A stretch of DNA of 64,000 nucleotides from contig CAZWKA010000004.1 in NCBI GenBank assembly GCA_964634875.1, positions 15,640 to 79,639 on the forward strand, read 5' to 3'. Within the stretch, counting starts at the first letter, position 1. Each line of letters begins with the position of its first letter. Of this stretch, positions 60,172-64,000 are shown piece after piece. The stretch is from an uncultured Gammaproteobacteria bacterium. GTDB lineage: Bacteria; Patescibacteriota; Patescibacteriia; Magasanikbacterales; GWA2-37-8. The notes beneath the pieces were generated by a model that saw only the letters and a program-made list of their open reading frames with translations, was not told the DNA's origin and did not search any database. Position numbers and translations under genes: made by a program.

Positions 60172-61011
60172 CTAGAAGCTGAACGAACGAGAACGAACAT
60201 CCTCAGGCAACTTGTCCGGATCAAAGGCAAGAATCCGACGGATCAAGACATCTTCGCCGAACAACGCCACCGTTGCCGGATATGGCCGCAACAAATGTGG
60301 CACGAGACGCTTAAAGAGGAGCCTAACGACCACCAATTGTAGCCAGTTAAGCTGGGTCTTGAGATAGAGCACGTGCCCAACCTCGTCCACCAGAATCTCA
60401 GTCAGGTTGGTGAAAACCCAGTCCCGAGCCCCTGGATGAGCAGCAAGCTGTCTTTCTCCTTCCTCACGGAGCACCAGGAAAAATTCTACACCAACAATCT
60501 CCGCCATAAAGACAAGTACGTTCCGGACGAACGCAGGCATCAAGCTGATAAGCATCAGGAAAAACCTCATAAATCCCCGGGGATCAGTTCGTTCCAACGA
60601 AACACCGCAAGCCCCGGCCGCGTCAGCGATAAGGGCGCCGTGCTCCAACTCCTCAAGCTCAATGTAGAACATGACGTCTTCCGGATTATCAGACTTTCGC
60701 CGAGCCAGAAAAAGCCTAACTCCGAAATCTTCAGCCTGGTTTACTCCGGCAAGCGCAGCAAGCCAGAGGGCAAATCGCCCAAAGCCAGCAAGCTCACAAG
60801 GAGACCCAGCTCGCCTGGCAGCAACGTACTCTTCGTGGGGCACCACACCCGTGAACATGGGCCTCATGCCACGACGCATCCGGTTTTCCGCGCGCCGCTT
60901 CAATCGACGGGTACAAAGATCAGGTTCGCCATCACGTTCTTTGGTGACCTCCAAGAACCTCTCGGCCAGTCGTCGTCTTTTCGCTCGTGGAATAGATTGG
61001 AAAAGAAGCAT
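60172..61011 (-). CDS. Ferritin-like di-iron carboxylate protein (two E..H motifs) with elevated GC of about 54%. Specific function unknown.
   Basis: YIELEELEHGAL and ILVDEVGHVLYL are spaced about 75 aa apart, typical of four-helix-bundle di-iron oxygenases (MiaE, AurF or COQ7-like). GC3 is higher than in the neighbours. Confidence 0.35.
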   Translation of the reverse strand: MLLFQSIPRAKRRRLAERFLEVTKERDGEPDLCTRRLKRRAENRMRRGMRPMFTGVVPHEEYVAARRAGSPCELAGFGRFALWLAALAGVNQAEDFGVRLFLARRKSDNPEDVMFYIELEELEHGALIADAAGACGVSLERTDPRGFMRFFLMLISLMPAFVRNVLVFMAEIVGVEFFLVLREEGERQLAAHPGARDWVFTNLTEILVDEVGHVLYLKTQLNWLQLVVVRLLFKRLVPHLLRPYPATVALFGEDVLIRRILAFDPDKLPEDVRSRSFSF

Positions 61012-61127
61012 GGCATACCACCTCCAATGGCTCCTCTATTAAACAGTAAACTGGGACGCTGTCAAACAAAAATTATTATAAATGGCAAGACTGTGTTATA
61101 CTGAAACCATATTTTTTATAATTAAAT

Positions 61128-62033
61128 ATGAAAAAAAATAAGACAAATTCAGCTAAGAATATTTTATTCTACGGTTTCGTAGCGCTGATCTGTCTTACCT
61201 TCAGCGGTATTACCGTGGCCGCAGCAACGGGAACGCTTAGTAAAAAAACTACTGTCGTTCGCACAATTAAATTACCAATTGTTCCAGCGCTCGCCGCCAA
61301 ACAAGCCGGTTCGGCTGTTGTACTTAAATGGGGCAAACCAGCGCGCGGCGTTAGCTTTGCTAATTACACCATTTATCGCTCCGAACAATCGGGCAAACTA
61401 GGCACCGCTATCGCGAGCCCTGCCAAAACCATTCTGACTTACACCGATAAAAAAGTCTTGGCGGGTAAAACATATTTCTATTCAATAAAATACGCTGGTA
61501 AAAATACCATCGCTCCAAACGGGCGACAAATCAAAATAAAAATAACACCTTCCAAAGCAGCTCCGACTATCACTGAAACAAAAACTGCCGAACCCTCATT
61601 CTCTACCTCGACTCTTAACGAACCTGTCCCAATTACAGCCAAAGAACCAGACATTTTTTCAAACGGAAACCCGATAGTTCCACCTATCAAAGACGTCAGC
61701 GTCACCGCTGCCGACAACGAACGAATAGTAACTCTTAAACAACTTCAGATTGCCCTCGCTGCTTATTTTGCAGCAACTGGAACCTACCCTGAGGGTACCG
61801 AACTGACACTCGGCCTTGATGAAACCTCGTGTCTTAATACCGATGGCTGGGGCATGGACACCGACTGCCCGTACCCTTACTTTGGCAAGATCCCTAAAGA
61901 CCCTGGCGCCGGCGCTTATGTCTACAACAGCACCGGAGATTATTACACCATTACTAACACCTTAGACGGCAAAGTTCTCGGTCTTAGTGGCAACATTGTG
62001 CTTACCCCCATTGGCTTCGAAAAAAGAAAATAA
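61128..62033 (+). CDS. Membrane-anchored protein with an FN3-like domain and a C-terminal pseudopilin (T2SS GspG-like) domain.
   Basis: N-terminal TM. The FN3-like segment reads VVLKWGKP..YTIYRSE...YFYSIKY. The C-terminal LKQLQIALAAYFAATGTYPEG...PKDPGAGAYVYNSTGDYYTI matches the conserved core of type IV pilin-like/T2SSG domains. Confidence 0.45.
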   Translation: MKKNKTNSAKNILFYGFVALICLTFSGITVAAATGTLSKKTTVVRTIKLPIVPALAAKQAGSAVVLKWGKPARGVSFANYTIYRSEQSGKLGTAIASPAKTILTYTDKKVLAGKTYFYSIKYAGKNTIAPNGRQIKIKITPSKAAPTITETKTAEPSFSTSTLNEPVPITAKEPDIFSNGNPIVPPIKDVSVTAADNERIVTLKQLQIALAAYFAATGTYPEGTELTLGLDETSCLNTDGWGMDTDCPYPYFGKIPKDPGAGAYVYNSTGDYYTITNTLDGKVLGLSGNIVLTPIGFEKRK

Positions 62034-62234
62034 CCCCCTTTTGTACTTTTTCCCCACCTAGCAGTATACGCCATACTGGTAAAGCAATAACTGCTGGGGG
62101 GGGGCAGCAATTGTACCCGGCAAAACTATTTCGACACAAAAATCAGCTTCACCGTGACAGAAATTGCTGAGCACAAAGGCCCTGCAAACTGCCGGAATGT
62201 AATCAACGACCTCGTCTACGACCTCATAAAATAG

Positions 62235-62275
62235 TTTTGGCTAAAAACCAAGATTTTCTTGATTTTTAGCCAAAA
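62235..62275. repeat. 41-bp near-perfect palindrome ttttggctaaaaa-ccaagattttcttga-tttttagccaaaa upstream of the AbrB-family gene promoter.
   Basis: 13-bp perfect outer arms plus an inner caag/cttg pairing. Confidence 0.45.
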
Positions 62276-62280
62276 TTAAT

Positions 62281-62322
62281 TTGACAAAAAGGCTAATATA
62301 TGATAAATATGATATATCATAT
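62281..62322 (+). promoter_or_regulatory. Sigma70-like promoter TTGACA-N17-TAAATA overlapping a perfect 16-bp palindrome ATATGATATATCATAT. Candidate operator.
   Basis: TTGACA at 62281-62286, -10 at 62304-62309, palindrome at 62307-62322, 20 nt upstream of the ATG at 62343. Confidence 0.45.
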
Positions 62323-62342
62323 ATCTCCTATTTAATGTTGCT

Positions 62343-62687
62343 ATGGTTCTAAAAAAACGGGTACAGCCCAGTAAAAAACTGCTGGCCGCACACAATCGTA
62401 TTCAGCGGGGCGACCGACTCTACGGCGCAGCAACCATCGGTGAGCGAGGTCAAATCGTCATTCCGGCTGAAGCCCGCAAAGACTTTGGGCTTAAGCCAGG
62501 CGACCAAGTCTTGGCCCTTGGCAATAAAGTCGGCAAAGTACTCACCTTTATTAAAGCTGATAACGTAGGCGAATTCGTGAACATGGTACTTGGCCACCTC
62601 TCGGGAAGCGGCCTCGAAGAAAACTTTAAAACACATTTTAAAAAAATACTTACTCCCGCCTCCGTAAAGAGGCTTAAAAATAAATAA
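62343..62687 (+). CDS. AbrB/MazE/SpoVT-family DNA-binding protein (swapped-hairpin barrel).
   Basis: GERGQIVIPAEARKDFGLKPGDQVL is the canonical SpoVT_AbrB domain signature. Confidence 0.65.
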   Translation: MVLKKRVQPSKKLLAAHNRIQRGDRLYGAATIGERGQIVIPAEARKDFGLKPGDQVLALGNKVGKVLTFIKADNVGEFVNMVLGHLSGSGLEENFKTHFKKILTPASVKRLKNK

Positions 62688-62697
62688 CTCACCCACT

Positions 62698-64000
62698 ATG
62701 GACAAAAAATTCCTTACGAAAAAAAGAATTATCTGGAGCATTATTATCTTGGCTGTAGCCGGGCTCATTATCTTCAGCTACATCAACAAAAAGAATGCAC
62801 CCAACACAAACATTCAGACTGATACAGTAAAAAAACAAGATATTGAGCAAACCGTCTTAACGACCGGACAAGTAGTCAGTAAAATTGATCTGGGCTTAAG
62901 TTTTCAAGGTAGCGGAGTTGTCCGCCAAATCCGCGTTAAAGAAGGTGACAAGGTACGCTCGGGTCAGGTTTTGGCTACGCTCGACCAAGCCAGTGCGGGA
63001 GCGAGCCTCACTAGCGCCCTTGGTTCGCTGGCTCAAGCAGAAGCCAACTACCAAAAAGTCCTTTCCGGCGCCAGCAACGAACAGATCATTGTTGCTCAAA
63101 AAGCAGTCGAAGCAGCTGAAACCACTCTCAACAATGCTAAAACAAACCTCGAAAGTATCAAGCAGCAGCAAGCTGTTTTAGTTAAAAATACCTATAACGC
63201 CCTTCTTAACACAACCCCCGCATTAGCTGCCGGACCAAGTAACCGTTCAAGCGCAAACCCTGTCATTAGCGGAACCTATACTGGAGCGGGGCAAGGCCAA
63301 TACAAGCTCACCATTTTTATGGCCGGCAACACTTCTTACATAATCAGTGGTCTTGGTAGCGGAACCGGGCCAATCCCCTTCAATGCTTCGAGTCTTGTTT
63401 CTATCGGTAACGGATTATTTATTCAGTTTCCTGCTGGAACTTACTATCCAGACGACTACTGGACAATCGACATACCGAACACTAAGGCCACCAACTATCT
63501 TACTAATTTAAGCGCCCACCAAAGCGCTCTAGAAACCGAGCGTACTACGCTTAGCACCAGTGAAGCGCAAGTCAGGAATGCGGAAATCGCCCTTGAACAA
63601 GCCAAAGCCAGTCTCGCCGTACAGCAAGCCAGCGCCCGCCCGGCTGATATCGCTGTCGCTAAAGCTCAGATCCTTTCCGCCCAAGGCCAAGTAGCTGCTG
63701 CCCGCGCTGCCCTCGGCAACCTCACTTTGCGTGCACCAGCAGCCGGCACAATCACCGAAGTAGCGGTTAAAGTCGGCGAACAAGCCAGCGCCCTGCAGGC
63801 GATCATGACGCTCCAGAATATTGGCGAACTCCATGCCGAAGCCAATGTAAGTGAAGCAAATGTTGCCTCACTCAAAATCGGACAAACTGTTGATTTCACT
63901 TTTGATGCCCTTGGCCCTGACCGCCATTCCAGCGGAACAATCCAAACTATCAACCCGGCTTCGACTGTTGTTTCCGGCGTCGTCAACTACAAAATCACAG
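62698..64000 (+). CDS. HlyD-family periplasmic adaptor (membrane fusion protein). Partial: the C-terminus lies beyond the window edge.
   Basis: Translation from the ATG at 62698 gives an N-terminal TM (IIWSIIILAVAGLIIF), a barrel-sandwich start GQVVSKIDLGLSFQGSGVVRQIRVKEGDKVRSGQVLATLD, long coiled-coil hairpins and ...TLRAPAAGTITEVAVKVGE. It is open to position 64000 and absent from the ORF track because it is partial. Confidence 0.7.
   Translation, partial: MDKKFLTKKRIIWSIIILAVAGLIIFSYINKKNAPNTNIQTDTVKKQDIEQTVLTTGQVVSKIDLGLSFQGSGVVRQIRVKEGDKVRSGQVLATLDQASAGASLTSALGSLAQAEANYQKVLSGASNEQIIVAQKAVEAAETTLNNAKTNLESIKQQQAVLVKNTYNALLNTTPALAAGPSNRSSANPVISGTYTGAGQGQYKLTIFMAGNTSYIISGLGSGTGPIPFNASSLVSIGNGLFIQFPAGTYYPDDYWTIDIPNTKATNYLTNLSAHQSALETERTTLSTSEAQVRNAEIALEQAKASLAVQQASARPADIAVAKAQILSAQGQVAAARAALGNLTLRAPAAGTITEVAVKVGEQASALQAIMTLQNIGELHAEANVSEANVASLKIGQTVDFTFDALGPDRHSSGTIQTINPASTVVSGVVNYKIT

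Noticed and set aside
60373-61104. 243-aa plus-strand ORF (and the 123-aa ORF at 60671-61042) overlapping the ferritin-like gene.
   Set aside because: These are antisense ORFs in an elevated-GC gene with R/S/P-rich junk composition.

Overview
This 64 kb window looks like part of a small, reduced bacterial genome at roughly 43-45% GC. Housekeeping proteins are short (MetRS 515 aa, RsmI 225 aa, ATP synthase delta 130 aa), native starts mostly lack Shine-Dalgarno sequences, and there are many small secreted, pilin-like and repeat surface proteins, which fits a Patescibacteria/CPR-like lineage (inference).

Contents in order:
- Left end: a partial UvrD/PcrA helicase, then RlmN, a MsbA-type ABC exporter, and a complete F-type ATP synthase operon on the minus strand (putative atpZ, then B, E, F, H, A, G, D, C).
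- Downstream: a putative small multidrug exporter and the first of two Ca2+-type P-type ATPases, then TatD, a SIMPL protein, CvpA, MetG and RsmI.
- A cell-envelope locus with membrane, lipoprotein, VirB2/TrbC-like and GT-C-like proteins, and a glutathione S-transferase.
- A roughly 2.2 kb island at about 65-67% GC (25.74-27.96 kb). Its third-codon positions are GC-biased and its main gene has a strong AAGGAGAGG ribosome-binding site that native genes lack. It carries that 479-aa coiled-coil protein of unknown function with its own GC-rich terminator, and a 71-aa tail-anchored protein.
- An envelope-modification locus around tRNA-Asn(GTT): FkbM methyltransferase, MGDG-synthase-like glycosyltransferase, lipoprotein, acyltransferase-3, a CE4-like protein, and a protein with four Big_5 Ig-like domains fused to a C39-like peptidase.
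- The second P-type ATPase, a YHYH-like metal-binding secreted protein, DUF2200, a VOC/glyoxalase and a Tat-signal L,D-transpeptidase.
- A tightly coupled carotenoid operon on the minus strand: crtI, crtB, crtE-like and a UbiA prenyltransferase.
- A Com-like zinc ribbon, PyrD, and an anaerobic RNR (NrdD) whose glycyl-radical segment is a separate 60-aa ORF, followed by NrdG.
- Surface proteins built from Big/FN3 repeats, an S9 alpha/beta hydrolase, two secreted proteins at slightly higher GC, a bacterial topoisomerase IB, a tandem zinc-ribbon protein with RGG-like and K-rich tails, GreA, a ferritin-like di-iron protein at about 54% GC, and an FN3 protein with a pseudopilin-like C-terminus.
- Right end: an AbrB-family regulator with a perfect 16-bp palindrome in its promoter, followed by a partial HlyD-family adaptor.

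I found no CRISPR array, no rRNA and no intact mobile element.
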